A stretch of 63,702 bases of DNA, filler included, from Sluysia triapertura (taxonomy: Eukaryota): NCBI GenBank assembly GCA_046118255.1. It is 5 parts of 5 records of this genome, joined end to end, with 100 filler letters (N's around TTAATTAATTAA, not from the genome) between each part and the next. Parts side by side here need not be neighbours in the genome. Positions count along the whole stretch, not along the records: positions 1 to 13,870 come from JBJNIA010016085.1; 4 more parts are not named here. One strand, 5' to 3'. A model generated the notes under the pieces. It saw only the letters and a program-made list of their open reading frames with translations. It was not told where the DNA came from and made no database searches. A program made the translations under genes and the position numbers. Of this stretch, positions 1 to 12,500 are shown one piece after another (within the stretch, counting starts at the first letter, position 1; the number at the start of each line of letters is the position of its first letter).

Positions 1-947
1 CCTATCTCAATTCCTCAATATCATTTACCTTATCTGTTATCCTGAATCTTGAACCTTTATATCTACCTTTGTCTTTCTTTCTTCATTTTATAGTTCTATA
101 TGTTGGGCAATCCCAACAAGAGTTGATCAAAATTTTTATTATTTGGTTTTTGGTGTGTCATTATTATATGATAGTTTATTTATGACTATGTCTAATCTAT
201 CACAACAAATTTATCCATTACTGTGATGTTATTTAAAGAAAAAATAATTGATCCAGAACTTTGTTAGATTAATATTTTTTGTTCTTCAGTTTTTATTGTT
301 TTAAATGGTTAATGGGCGAATTAAATTTCGTTAATTTAGTTTTGCCAGGCCTCATAAAATTTGATATAAGCAAAATTCGGAAGACATAGTTGAATATAAA
401 CATAGAGAGAAAACTTAATCTTAATATATTTTCAGGAGCGAAATGATAAAAATAACATTTATAATCGTTATAGCATCCCTCAAATGACTATACAAAATTT
501 CCTGTACCTTTATGGCAAGTCAAATTAATAAATATATGTTTTTAAAAATACAAATAATCAACAATTAATAAAAGATTAATAAAATATCTTTATGATAAAT
601 CAGATTAATAATTGTATATTTTTAAAAATACAAATAATTAAAAATTTTTAAATATTAAATTTTTAATTTTTAAATATTAATGATAATCATTAATTTATAT
701 TGCTTTAAAACTAATTATTTAAAAAGTAATTACCATAACTATTATTAAAAATTCTTAATATTTATAATGGTTAATATTTATATTTATGTTTCAATATTTT
801 TTTAAAATTCATTTCTTATTTCCTTTGAGATTTTTGTTTTAAATTTCATTAGTTTGTTGTTTTTATTTAAATTATTTGCCATATTAAATTTTGAAAAAGT
901 TATAAAGTTTTTTATTCCCTTTCCTTTAATGAATTGTATCCTCACAA

Positions 948-2165
948 ATGGAATCCACTAACGGCCCAAATGTCCCTATGAAAAGTAAGAAGAACCAGCA
1001 ATGTATAGAATTGCGTTTTTTGATTCCTAGCAAAGTATATATATTTTTTATTAAATATTTTTTAGGCTGCTGGTTCTGTAATTGGCAAGGCAGGTGAAAA
1101 CATCAGAAATTTACGCAGAATGGTAGTGTTATTTTATTTTATTGTATTGTATTTTAGTTTTATGGTAGAATTAATATATCAGACAATAATGGTCCAGAAA
1201 GGTTAAAAACTTTGATAAATTATTATCGTATAGAATATTGTCTTTAGAAGCAAATCTAGATTCTGTATTAGATATTTTAGCACAAATATTAGAAAAAATG
1301 GAAGTATGACATTAAAATTTAATTTACTACTTTAGGGAATTATGCCTTTACCACGAGCTGGAAGTGGTGATAGTAATGAATATCATAATCAAGTTGATTT
1401 AAGAATGTTAGTGAATCAAAGTTTGGTTGGTGCGTTAATTGGTAGAGGGGGTGGCAGAATTAATGATTTGCGCGAAGTAAGTTACTTATAATAAATTTTA
1501 CATTTTTAGAAATGTGACTTGCGACTGCTTAAGGTGTATCAAGTTGTGTGTCCAGAGTCTACTGACAGAATAGTACAAATGGTGGGATCCATTCCATTAG
1601 TTATTGATTGTATCAGTAAAATTGTTGACATGTGTAAAGAAACTCCAGTTCGTGAACCAAAAATTAATTACAATGCCCAAAATTTCGATTCTATTCATGC
1701 TCAACATTATGGTGGTTGGGCCAATGCATCATCACGATCTGATGTATCAAGATCTATGGGTTTTTCAAGACCTGGTTATTCTAAGCAGCCTAATTCATTT
1801 AAATCAAATTATGAATATAGTACAAGTGAATATGGGTTAGATTTCAAGTCATATTTCTCAATTATAGATTTAGTAATTATGATGATGAAAAAGAATATAA
1901 AGAAATGAGATTACCACATAAAATGGTAGGTGCAATAATTGGACCTGGTGGTACAAGAATTCAACATGTTCGATCTGAATCAGGAGCTCACATAACTATT
2001 TCTAGTCCAGATAGATCTCCACAAGAAAGAGTAGTAACTGTGCAAGGAAATGGCTATCAAGTTAAGCGTGCTTGCAGTATGATAACAGATTGGTATGTTA
2101 ACTAAATATTTTGTTTTAATTTTTAAAAAAATTTATTTTATTTCAGTTTGAACAAATATACCTGA
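948..2165 (+). CDS. HNRNPK: Heterogeneous nuclear ribonucleoprotein K (3 KH domains), 8 exons, 322 aa
   Basis: Exons 948-1034, 1066-1122, 1158-1201, 1234-1303, 1336-1476, 1510-1835, 1868-2092, 2147-2165 splice via GT-AG introns (31,35,32,32,33,32,54 nt) into one 969-nt frame ending TGA. Three KH GxxG loops (VIGKAG, LIGRGG, IIGPGG). CPESTDR in KH2 and post-KH2 YNAQNFD..HYGGW resemble hnRNP K (YDPNFYD..YGGF). Confidence 0.93.
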
Positions 2166-2393
2166 ATGAAATGCTTTTACTTTGGTGAACTATACTAAAT
2201 ATATAACCCGTACTGAAATATCACTTTCTTCCGCATTTTGTCATTACAATTATAATATTTTACCTATCCTCTTTAGTTGTCTTATTTTTACACCCACTTT
2301 AAATAAATTAATTTGTTTTTGAAATGATTTTAATATAAAATTTATTCGTGTTTAATAAATCATTAACAAATAAAGAGAATCAATAAATTTATT

Positions 2394-3053
2394 TTAAAGT
2401 TCTACAAATGACTTGATTATATTTTCGTTAACATCAGTTTTCGGAAGGTAATCAAATTCTTGTATTTTGATGCTTCTTTGTGTTGATGTTTTTAGCTAAA
2501 GTATTGAAAGAATTAAATGTGTACATAAATGAGGTTAGGCATAATACTAACTTTAGCAATCTGATTACTAAATATTCCGATTGGTTGATTGTCTTTCGCA
2601 TATGTTACAGAAGCACTATGTAATGAATTAAAATTATTCTCAAAAGTGGCCCTATGAAACATTTCTTGTCTAAGTTTTGTTATGATAGATTGTAATACTT
2701 GAATTTGTTCTATATTAGTTTTTGATTCGTGTTCCATGCTTTTTCTAATTTCGTTAACCTGATATGAATTAATTATTGTAAAATTTAGTTTATACAATTT
2801 AAAATTTTCCATTTGCATTCTGAATTTTTAAGTTAAACATGAACTTTTATATAAAAGTAGATACGAATTATGATCAGAATGTAAAGGATTGCACGGATTA
2901 ATATAAACTAACCTCTTTAATTATAATTAATTCTTTTTCACGAAATTGATCTATTTCTATTTGAAGAGATTCTATATCTTTAGATCTATCGGGATATTCA
3001 ATTGCATCTTTTTGCATCGAATATAATATCATTTCAGGTTTAATAGTTACAAC
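2394..3053 (-). CDS. Coiled-coil protein, last three exons (5' exons unresolved, probably ~3100-3480)
   Basis: Exons 3053-2913, 2758-2552, 2495-2394 join in phase 0 through GT-AG introns (154 and 56 nt): ...KDIESLQIEIDQFREKELIIIKE|VNEIRKSMEHESKTNIEQIQVLQSIITKLRQEM...IAK|LKTSTQR...VEL*. Heptad-like composition. Confidence 0.7.
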
Positions 3054-3550
3054 CTTAATATGAGATTAATTAATAAGGTTTATAATTTTGAACGTGTAAG
3101 GATTATGGTATTATAGTACTTAATTAATTTGAGATTAAGTGTAGCATTTACTGTTTAATATATATTCATTTCAACTGCATAAACTTATAAAATAAGGGGT
3201 TTTCCTTTAAAGAATAAAATTCTCTATATGAGTTGCAAAGAAAATAATTAAGAATGAAATAAGAATAAATAATTATTTAAAATGATATGAGTTCTATTGG
3301 TATTAAAATTTTGATACATTTTAAATCCTATAGTCATTTAAAATAAACTGAAAATGAATTAAAAATATGTAAAAGTGACAATCCTTAAATATTTAATAAT
3401 TTTACTTTTACTGTCATCTGAATTGTTAATTTTGCCAAGTATTATTAAAATATTACTTGCACATTTATTTTGTTGATTATTACTTTAACCATTTAAAATA
3501 CAATATATTGAATATGTTGTGTCTTTTAATTTAGATAAATACCAAAAATC

Positions 3551-5112
3551 ATGAATAAATTTTTACAGTTTTTAAGAATGATTCCTTATGTAGGGATATC
3601 ACATCAAAATATCCATACTTCATCACGTAAAAACATTACACAAAAACGTCAAACAAACTACTGGACTCATTCAAAAAGCAAAACCATTGTAAATATTTAT
3701 CATGAACTATAGGTATTGTTATTATAATTCCAGTCGCATTAAGATATATAATAAGTATTAGGATTATTGTCGTATAATATAATTGCCACGTAATAACTTT
3801 CATATTAACATCAACAATACCATTATTTTAAAGCAATAATTACGTTATGTTATCATTATTATTTCTTTATCCTTATTATCAACCTTTCGATTGATAATAT
3901 TATTATAGTATATTATTATAGTATATTGTGTCATCTTTTTGAAACGAATTATCGTGATAAATTCAAAACATTGAAAAAATTATCACACGTTTTTCTTAAT
4001 AATAACACTGAATTATATGATTACTCAAATTATGCTTCAACACGTTTATTGATGCAGAAGGACTTGACACTAATGCAATGTGTGGTAGCAGAATTTATCA
4101 ACTTTAATTTTCGATGTCAACCAATTTGACACGTTCATTTAAAAACTTAACTCAAATTAATCATCCTCTATATGGAATCTGTTTTATTACCCAAATTTTA
4201 CCTTCATTAAGACCTATTTTTACAAAAAATGATTTCTTTGAATTTCAATATTTCGTTATTAAACCATTTATTCGTTCTTTATTTACAGATATTGATAATT
4301 TACTCTTACAATATTTTAATATTTATATTATACCTATAAATACGTATCCACCGATTGATAATAAAATTAATTTTGATTCAAAAGATATTTTTATTGATCA
4401 AAATGTTTACCAAAAAATGACGAAGACAAAATGTTTTTCAGAAGAAAGGAAAAAAGCGATCTTATTCAATTATCGCCAAATTAAATCAACCTGTAAAATT
4501 TGAGTAAAGTGAATATTTATGTCAAAATGTTGCTGCACAACAGTGGATATTTTGGTGAAAATTATCAAATGGCACAATCAATTTATTGATTATAAATAAA
4601 ATATAACTAGAAATAAAAAAAGCTTGAATAAAGCAATCGATAAATTTAATAAAAAGTGTGAGATCTCTAAAGTACATGTATGTCCAGAATTATGTTTATT
4701 AAAAACTTAAAACGTAAAATCAAATAGATTTATTCAAAAATTTCCCGATATAATTTATAATGATACCGCAAAACTTATAGAAGAGAGATATGAATATTTA
4801 ATGAATAGATCAAAAAACTTACAACGTTGTAATACAATTTTAATTGAATAAATGTTTCTGCTTACAATCCATTTATTAATCTAGATCGAATTAAAATCAA
4901 AAATTCCTGATTTGTACTATGAAGATGTTGAAAATATAGGTGGTTATCAATTTATATCAAATATTGGAGGGTTGTTGGGTATCTTCATTGGTATGAGCAT
5001 CACAAGTGCATTGCAAATATTTGAATTACTTATAAATATTACAAAAATTATTTTAAAAATATATCTAAAAATTATCCAAAAAAATCAATATTTTGGTCTT
5101 ATAATATGTTAG
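3551..5112 (+). pseudogene. DEG/ENaC (amiloride-sensitive sodium channel family) gene, disrupted
   Basis: TM2/filter motif FISNIGGLLGIFIGMSITSALQIFE (4912-5112), HPLYGICF, Cys-rich thumb remnants (TCKI*VK*IFMSKCCC; CPELCLLKT*) and post-TM1 IITLC. Frameshift near 4115-4130 and several in-frame stops not removable by evident introns. Confidence 0.8.
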
Positions 5113-5750
5113 AAACAGCAAATGCTGTTTATCTTGCACTTATTGTTACTGTATTTCGAAATTTGTATTATTCAATATATGGAGATACAGACCTTATTTG
5201 TGCTAATTTAGGATCGAATGATTCAAATCAAGTCTACAACGATTCTAGAGTTTTTATGGCAAATCATTCGTATTGGACGTATACAAGATATAAACTCTTA
5301 TTTACATCCAGAAATTTTCGAATTTAAAAAATCTGGTGAAAATACTAATGATGTTAAAGAATTACCACCAGATGACATATTAACGAGATGTGTTAATTTT
5401 ATTTAGCAAAAAGTGGTTAGATGATGATTTCGAAGATTGTATTACTTATGCTCATTTGACGTGCCGAATTGCTTCTAAAGAACTAAAAAATACAATGATT
5501 ATGCCTGATAATATAATTAAAGAAAAATTTTTTGAAAACCGATGTTCAAAAATTATTGTAAATATAAAACTTTTAAATGTAGATACATTTTCAACTTAAG
5601 ATGATTTTCTTAATTGTGATTATCGAAAAGAAACATCAATTAAACTTCATTATAGTGGTTTAAGTATATTTATATGTTTTCTCTCTATATTTTATGGTAT
5701 TAATAAACTATTAAATTTTGTTGTTTGTTTAAAATTGTTATTTTTAAAGG
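5106..5750 (+). pseudogene. Frameshifted ORF chain with hydrophobic ends; possibly a second decayed membrane-protein gene
   Basis: Three overlapping ORFs in different frames (5106-5327, 5218-5406, 5390-5599), followed by a hydrophobic tail (SGLSIFICFLSIFYGI). No family motif recognised. Confidence 0.3.
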
Positions 5751-7595
5751 CCTTAAGCCTAGTTTAATAATTAATACGTTTAATCTTTCGTTAATTGTTT
5801 TAACATTTCATTTTTCTAATAATTGTTTACAAAGAAAAGAAATAAACAAAAACAATTATAATTTATAAATATTAAAGACCAAAAAGCCCTCCCCACAGTC
5901 CTAAAGAAATATAAAGAAGGTTAGTAATATTTTATGAAAGACTAAAATGATATATAAGACTGTAAGAGAAATGATAGATTGCCATCACAAATTTTTAACT
6001 TAATATAATTTCAGAAAAAGAAAATTATTTTTTAAAAAAGGAAAAGAATCTAGAAAATTCTAGAATTTTCCAGAAATACTAATGGATTTTGATAACTAGT
6101 ACAAATAACAGCCTCAGTCGAAGAATAATTTTTCTCATTTTCTTATTTTTACAAATTAGTTAAAATTTCATTGTCACATTTTAGTTAAACTCTTTTATAG
6201 AGTTAAATCCTAAAGTACACTTATAGTTTTCAACTCGTTTTAATAAGGGTTAAAATCTAATTTCAAATCAGAAAGAAACTCAAATTAAAGCTTTGAAAAA
6301 GCTTTATTCATTTTTATTATTTTATCTAATTTTAATAGATTGCAAATTTTATTATATTTGTAAACATACAACGCACTTATAATAACTGTCTATAAACACA
6401 CAAATTAATCATTTATTTATTATTGATTTTTGAACAATTATTAATACAAATATGTGACTAATTGATTTTTGTATGAAGAACAATTATTAATTACTAACAA
6501 AAGCAGAACAATTATTAATCATTTATTTATTATTGGTTTTGTAAAAATTTATATTATTTGAAATTATTAATTTTTAACTGGAAAATTCTATAAAAAGTAC
6601 GTTTTTATTAATTATTTTATTAAATTTTTATTTTTTAACTTTTAATTAATTAATATTAATTATTTTAACGTATTATTTTAATTTAACGTGATTATTTTTT
6701 GAAATATTTTTGAAATTTGTTTTAATCTGATCTTCCAAGGTCAGATTAAGACAACTATAAAAATAAGCACAAAAACCACAATTCACACTACCATTTTACA
6801 ATTTTTCAATTTATTACAATATTTGGTAAATTCGTTAATTCAATCGTCAAAGGACCAACTTATTAAAAAGTCACGTTAGATTAATTATTATTAGGACAGA
6901 TATTACTATAATATCAATTGTAAATTTTAAACTTACAAGAAAATAATCAATAATTATTTTTATTCTGTGAATTAGTAGTTTTACAATAATTAAAATTTAT
7001 TGTTTAGAAGGCGTGTGCTTATTGAAATGCTTCGTATGCATTTCACTGTAATAAAAACAATATAGAAAAATTAGCATCCTAAAATTAGAAAGTCATTTTA
7101 TTCGAACAAATAAATAATTTGTAAATTTATTATTCATTTCTTAACTTCGTTATACCAATATTTTTTTCTTTCAATCCCTCGAAAAAAGATGTTGACAATG
7201 AATTAACAGCAAATAGTACATTTAGAAATTCATTAATGATAATGCATAATATCAAAAACCAAAACAGATTTTCAATCTTATATTAAGATAAACATTACTT
7301 TGTTTGGCCCAGAGATGTTATGAAACTAAATTATCGTTGTTAATATTTTACAAATAAAATAATTTGCATTGTTATTTAATTGTTATTTAAGTACATCTTG
7401 GAAATCACTGCAACGTAACAAATTATAATATAATTACGTGTGTAAAGACTGTTATTTTGTTTAATATTAGACATTTTACATCATACTAGACATTTCTAGA
7501 TATATTATATCAGACTTATTATTGTCAGATGTTTAGGAATTTCATTTTTAAAATTTATATTCAAATTTTAATTAAACATATCTAGTTACTTGGAC

Positions 7596-7824
7596 CAGCG
7601 TTTATTAATCTTAATCCTGCAACCCAATGAAATTTTTTCAGATTGTTCTGCGACCCAATTTTTTATTACATAAAGGAATGCTAAGAAAAAAAAGACGTAT
7701 ACTATTGGCGCTAATTAGCGTTTTGATTATATAAACTAATTTTTTGTATGTAGTTTATATTTATATTATATTATATTATTTATACTAAGCTGCGAGTCCG
7801 CGACACAACGGTTGAGAAACCGTG
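7596..7824. mobile_element. hAT-type MITE (degenerate)
   Basis: Left end CAGCGTTTATTAATCT, right end GGTTGAGAAACCGTG (resembling CAGNGTTTCTCAACC hAT TIRs); internal GCGACCCA/GCGACACA subterminal motifs. Confidence 0.5.
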
Positions 7825-8759
7825 AATGGATAGAAAGAGCAAAAACATAAATGAATAATTAACAAAAATTGAAGAACGAGATGCCGATGCTCTTTTATGG
7901 TAAAACTAACTAAGTAAGGAGCAGTTGGATATAACGGATGGAATCCAGCAGAATATACTCAGATATAACATGATTACGTAAATGTGAGCAGATTATCACA
8001 ACCTTCTCAAATCTAATTTCTTAACAAAAATCATTTAAAATTGTCAATTTCTATGAAAGAAAATTATTTACCTTTTAAAAATAAATCAAGAAAATTCTAC
8101 CGATTCTTATTGGCTCATGACTAGCATCAGTGTAATTACAAGCACAATTTAAAAACACAATTTAATAAAGATGATTTTAAAAAATTATCAATTAAACAAT
8201 TATCAATCAGTTATTTTGTTAGTTAATAAAATTAGTTCGATTCACCGATTAATTCTATTTATCAATTCTCAACTAATTCAGTGTTGTGTCTTAGAGACAA
8301 ATTTTAGTAGGGCATTTTAGAAACGCACCTGAATTTGATTTATCAAAATCTTTCACATCAATCGTTCAGTAAGTTATACTTGTGTAAAATCGTTTCAATC
8401 ACTAAAAATCTTTTGTTTAATTTCGTTTACTCCGATTTGTAGAAAAATTTATACTCAAAATTAGATTATTAAAAAATTAAAGATCCTGTGGAATTTTAAT
8501 TATAAAATACTGACTTTTGCTTACTATGATTTCTTATTATTTTATTTCATTATAATTTGTTAATTAACCTTTGAGTTTTTACTTGTTTTATTTAACTTAA
8601 TTGAGATTAAAATCAACAAGAGAATAATAAGTAGAGATTGTAATAAGCATGAAATTGTGGATTGGATTGATTAAATATTAACTTTAAGTTATTAAATATG
8701 AGATTGTAAGCATAATTATTAAAACAATATTTCATTAAATTTCACGTTAAAATTTGTCA

Positions 8760-8852
8760 ACTTATAGTTACAAGAATGTCCACTCTGCGTTATAGGTTGT
8801 ATAATGTAACCGGACTCTGCTCAATTTTATTTTCTCGTAACTATAGCAGTTA
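8760..8852. repeat. ~90-bp MITE-like dispersed repeat, copy 1 of 3
   Basis: Terminal inverted repeat TATAGTTAC...GTAACTATA; aligns by eye to 31411-31488 and 50440-50529. Confidence 0.6.
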
Positions 8853-9209
8853 TAAAAATGTTTTTATTAGTGAGTTGTATGTTAAATTTCGGAGACATAT
8901 AATTAGCAAAGATCGCAGTAAGCGAGAGTACATTTCTAATGAACGGTCAGGCTAAACTCGTATCTTTCATTAGATCGAAAAGAGAATTTAAAAAATAAAA
9001 ATAACGAACAATTCACGTTTAGCCTTAAAGGCGAAAATTTCTTACAGTAAATATTATATAATATCACATATATATCATACTAATATATGTTAATATATTA
9101 TATTAAATATATATTTATAAAAATTAACAATAAATTGGATATTTAATCATTTTTAAAATACATTTAACGAATTTCTTGAATATGCAAAACATTCATCAAC
9201 AAAAATAAA

Positions 9210-9578
9210 CCTTAAAAGATCCACCACTTAATTGTATTATATTCTTAGCTTCGTCATAAGGTTCTGCTGCGATCCACATTGGCAATAAAAAAAAACTTGG
9301 CAACGAATAAATAATATTGTTAAAACTGGGTTTTGATTTCGAAAAATCAACTGTAACAAGAGTTTTATCTTTCTGCGTACCTGGAGAATTTATTTCACGA
9401 ACTAAAGTAAACAATCCACGATCAACCACAACACTATCTACTTCTAATTCAACTAAACCATCATACTGAATGACTGACTTTGGTGTAGCTGAAATATATT
9501 GTATTACAATATGAAAATATAGTCTATGATGAATGTTATACATAATAACAATAATATGCTAATATATAAAGATTCCAT
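9210..9578 (-). CDS. 5' exons of a secreted/membrane protein; weak resemblance to the Notch-ligand N-terminal (MNNL/C2) domain
   Basis: ATG 9578; exon 1 encodes signal-peptide-like MESLYISILLLL; a 53-nt GT-AG intron (9541-9489) keeps frame into STPKSVIQYDGLVELEVDSVVVDRGLF...GGSFK, followed by a GT donor. Downstream exons not found. Confidence 0.5.
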
Positions 9579-12500
9579 TTATTCCTTATAAAATATTCGA
9601 AGCTATTTTTTGTTCTGCAATAACTAAATTTGATTACAAATTACATTATTTTCTTAAGCAATAATTTACATTTAAACAAACTTTATTTAAGAGCCAACTT
9701 TTTTAATATTACATCTTAAGGACAGACAAAAAATAACTCGACAAACTTAAGTTTAAAACAATGTTAAGTTTATTAATAAAATTCATATTTTGATATATAA
9801 TCTAATATATAATACATTGAAATTGAGATTTGTGAATACAATGTATCTAGAGTGTCTAATAAACAATGTTAACATATTTTGAATTAAGATAATTTTTCAT
9901 TATGGTAGCTATCCAAATCTTGTTCAGATATACCATTGTCAAAAATAAATGCATTTTCAGAGGCATTTGTAATATCGGCGATACCTGAATCTTTTCTTTC
10001 CTCTTGGATCACTTCATCCTTAGTGCTATCCAGGTTATTATTATTATATAATAATTATTTATAATAATCATAAAATATAATATTTATTTTGTATTGTATT
10101 TATAATTAAATATAATAGGAAATGTTGATTTTTAACCGGTATTAAAAATTGCTTAACAATTATGGAAATTTTAATATTAAAAAGCATTAAAATTTTTCAT
10201 TATCACATTTTAATCTGCCAATATTAAGGCATTGTGTCGTCAAAGATATACAGTTTGGAGGTTTTACAACCAGTATATAGAACACATGTGGTGACGGTAC
10301 ACCTAAAATGAAATAATAATAATAATGAATTCATGACCACAATAACAATTACTATAGTAAAAATAATGATTGTATTTTTGGCCTTTTGTTTATATATTGT
10401 TTGAATAATGTCTAGTACTTGTTTTTGAAATAAATCACATGAAGATTAATAGAAGCACATAGACTTATTCAAATAAGTTAAATATTTGAATTACGGCATC
10501 AGATTTTGAACTTTATGAAGTCAGTAACCAGTGGCTTCTTGAGATTACAAAACAAAACCATTTTAAAACGATTTTAAATACATTGAGTCAAGTGACGATA
10601 CATATTTCATTATGCGGAGAGTAAAGAAAATGCTCACGTCGTTTTGTCCAAATTTTCTTTAGATATAACTATTCAAGGACAAAGTCATAATATTACTCCT
10701 AAAAAAGTCAAAGAACAATATTAATGCAGATAACACAAAATTCGTGCACAGCACATTGTCAACATTAGCTCACGCTGCTCGTATTTATACTTAGAATCTT
10801 ACAAGTTGTTCGAATAAAATAGCACTGGCAAGAATTAAAAATCCGATCGGTATATCAACACAGTTTTTGGAAATATCGAAACAATATGGGCACCAAATTC
10901 AAAAATGAATCAACGGTGATTATCATTATTTAAATACATTAACAACACATTTTAAAAGGATATTCGATTATTTTGCTTTTGTTCTGCGTTTTTAAAAATT
11001 TATTCGTATAATAAATCAAACTTACCTTACACCACGCCTAATTTTAAAACAATGTTTTCGTTAATTTAATTGATTTAGTTTTAGCATTTTCTAAAAGTTT
11101 TAGGTTACAGTTTAAAAATAGCAATATAAATAATTCGATAAAATTTCAAAAGCATTTATTGGTTACTCTGAAGTTCTAGGCAGAAACTTAAATTAAATTA
11201 GATTTGACCGATGTGAAATAAACTTGTTCTACACAGTGCTGTATTGTATAAGTTATGACCTAATCATGACATTCGAGTCTTCTCGTCAGAAAGAATTATA
11301 TGTGAATATTACAAATTTTCGAAATTCTATGTTACCATCGTCGCTAATTCCATTCAAAGTTTAAAAGTGTTTACGATCATGCAATTACTTTTGTTATTCA
11401 TCCACGATCTAAATATATCATGGTAAGATATGATAAACTAGCTTTAAAAATAGGCTTCGTCAGTAGAACCGAATGTACTCTTTATTTCGATTGACCTAGA
11501 AATTATTACGAGTTTTAGTAACTTCTTATCTTCATAATGACGTAATCAAGCATGAATTTGAAATGACAATTTTTTAATTTCAAATTGACAGATAATTTTT
11601 ATGTTAGTCAAGTCTGTGGATATCACTTTATTATTAATTAAGCATTCTGCTACTAATGTCCATTCATAAGCCGCTGATTTACGTAAATCACAACTCTTAC
11701 TCGTTTCAGTCGTATTTATCGCTTAACGTTAATTTCGTGTTCATAATGTAAGCTAGTTGGATGATGTTAGTTTTTAATAAGAGATTCTTGACACTAGTCC
11801 TATAAAGTTCATTCATATATAAACCAATCTGAATGGCAACACTTATCCATTTTCTTGAAATAAAATCAGTTTGGGTGTTCTGAAATCAAGGAGAAAGTTG
11901 CGTTTTGCATACCAAAATATGACATATTCTTATATTTTATTTTAGTTTCAATATCATACTTATAAAGTTTTAGATAGATGATGACGTTTATAAAAATATT
12001 AAGCAAATTTTCTGAATTGATGATTTTCCATTCTTCCAAGTCTTGGCTTAGTCTTGCGTCATTGTCAATAAAATACGATCATAATAGACGTGAACGCTAC
12101 ACCATGACATAATCGAATAAATCTAATTAGCTCGATTAGTTTAAATGTTTTACTGATTTCCTGTAAACCTATCCCAAAATGAAATTGAATTGATGTAGGA
12201 TTTACATATAGAGAAAATCTTACATCCTCATGAAAGTTACTCCCATAAGATTTTTAGTCTGGATAAAATTTAAACTTGTTATTGCTTCTCCTCTGATGGT
12301 ATAACTTTTCTTAAATTTTTGTTATTTTGTCTTCAGAATACATTTTGATATCTCAATTACTTGTTTTTGCTTTCCTTATGTGGTGTCCCGGCCAGAGACA
12401 ATAATTGTATTACAATTCAAATACACAAAAATATTCCACATACATTATAAAATTATTAATATTAAAACCATGATAATCAATTGTATTAATATTAAGTTTT

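Noticed and set aside
4495-4715. Alternative genetic code or stop readthrough (TGA=Cys, TAA=Tyr) suggested by the ENaC stops
   Set aside because: hnRNP K ends in TGA and the neighbouring gene in TAA, with no internal stops in either; the ENaC locus also has frameshifts.
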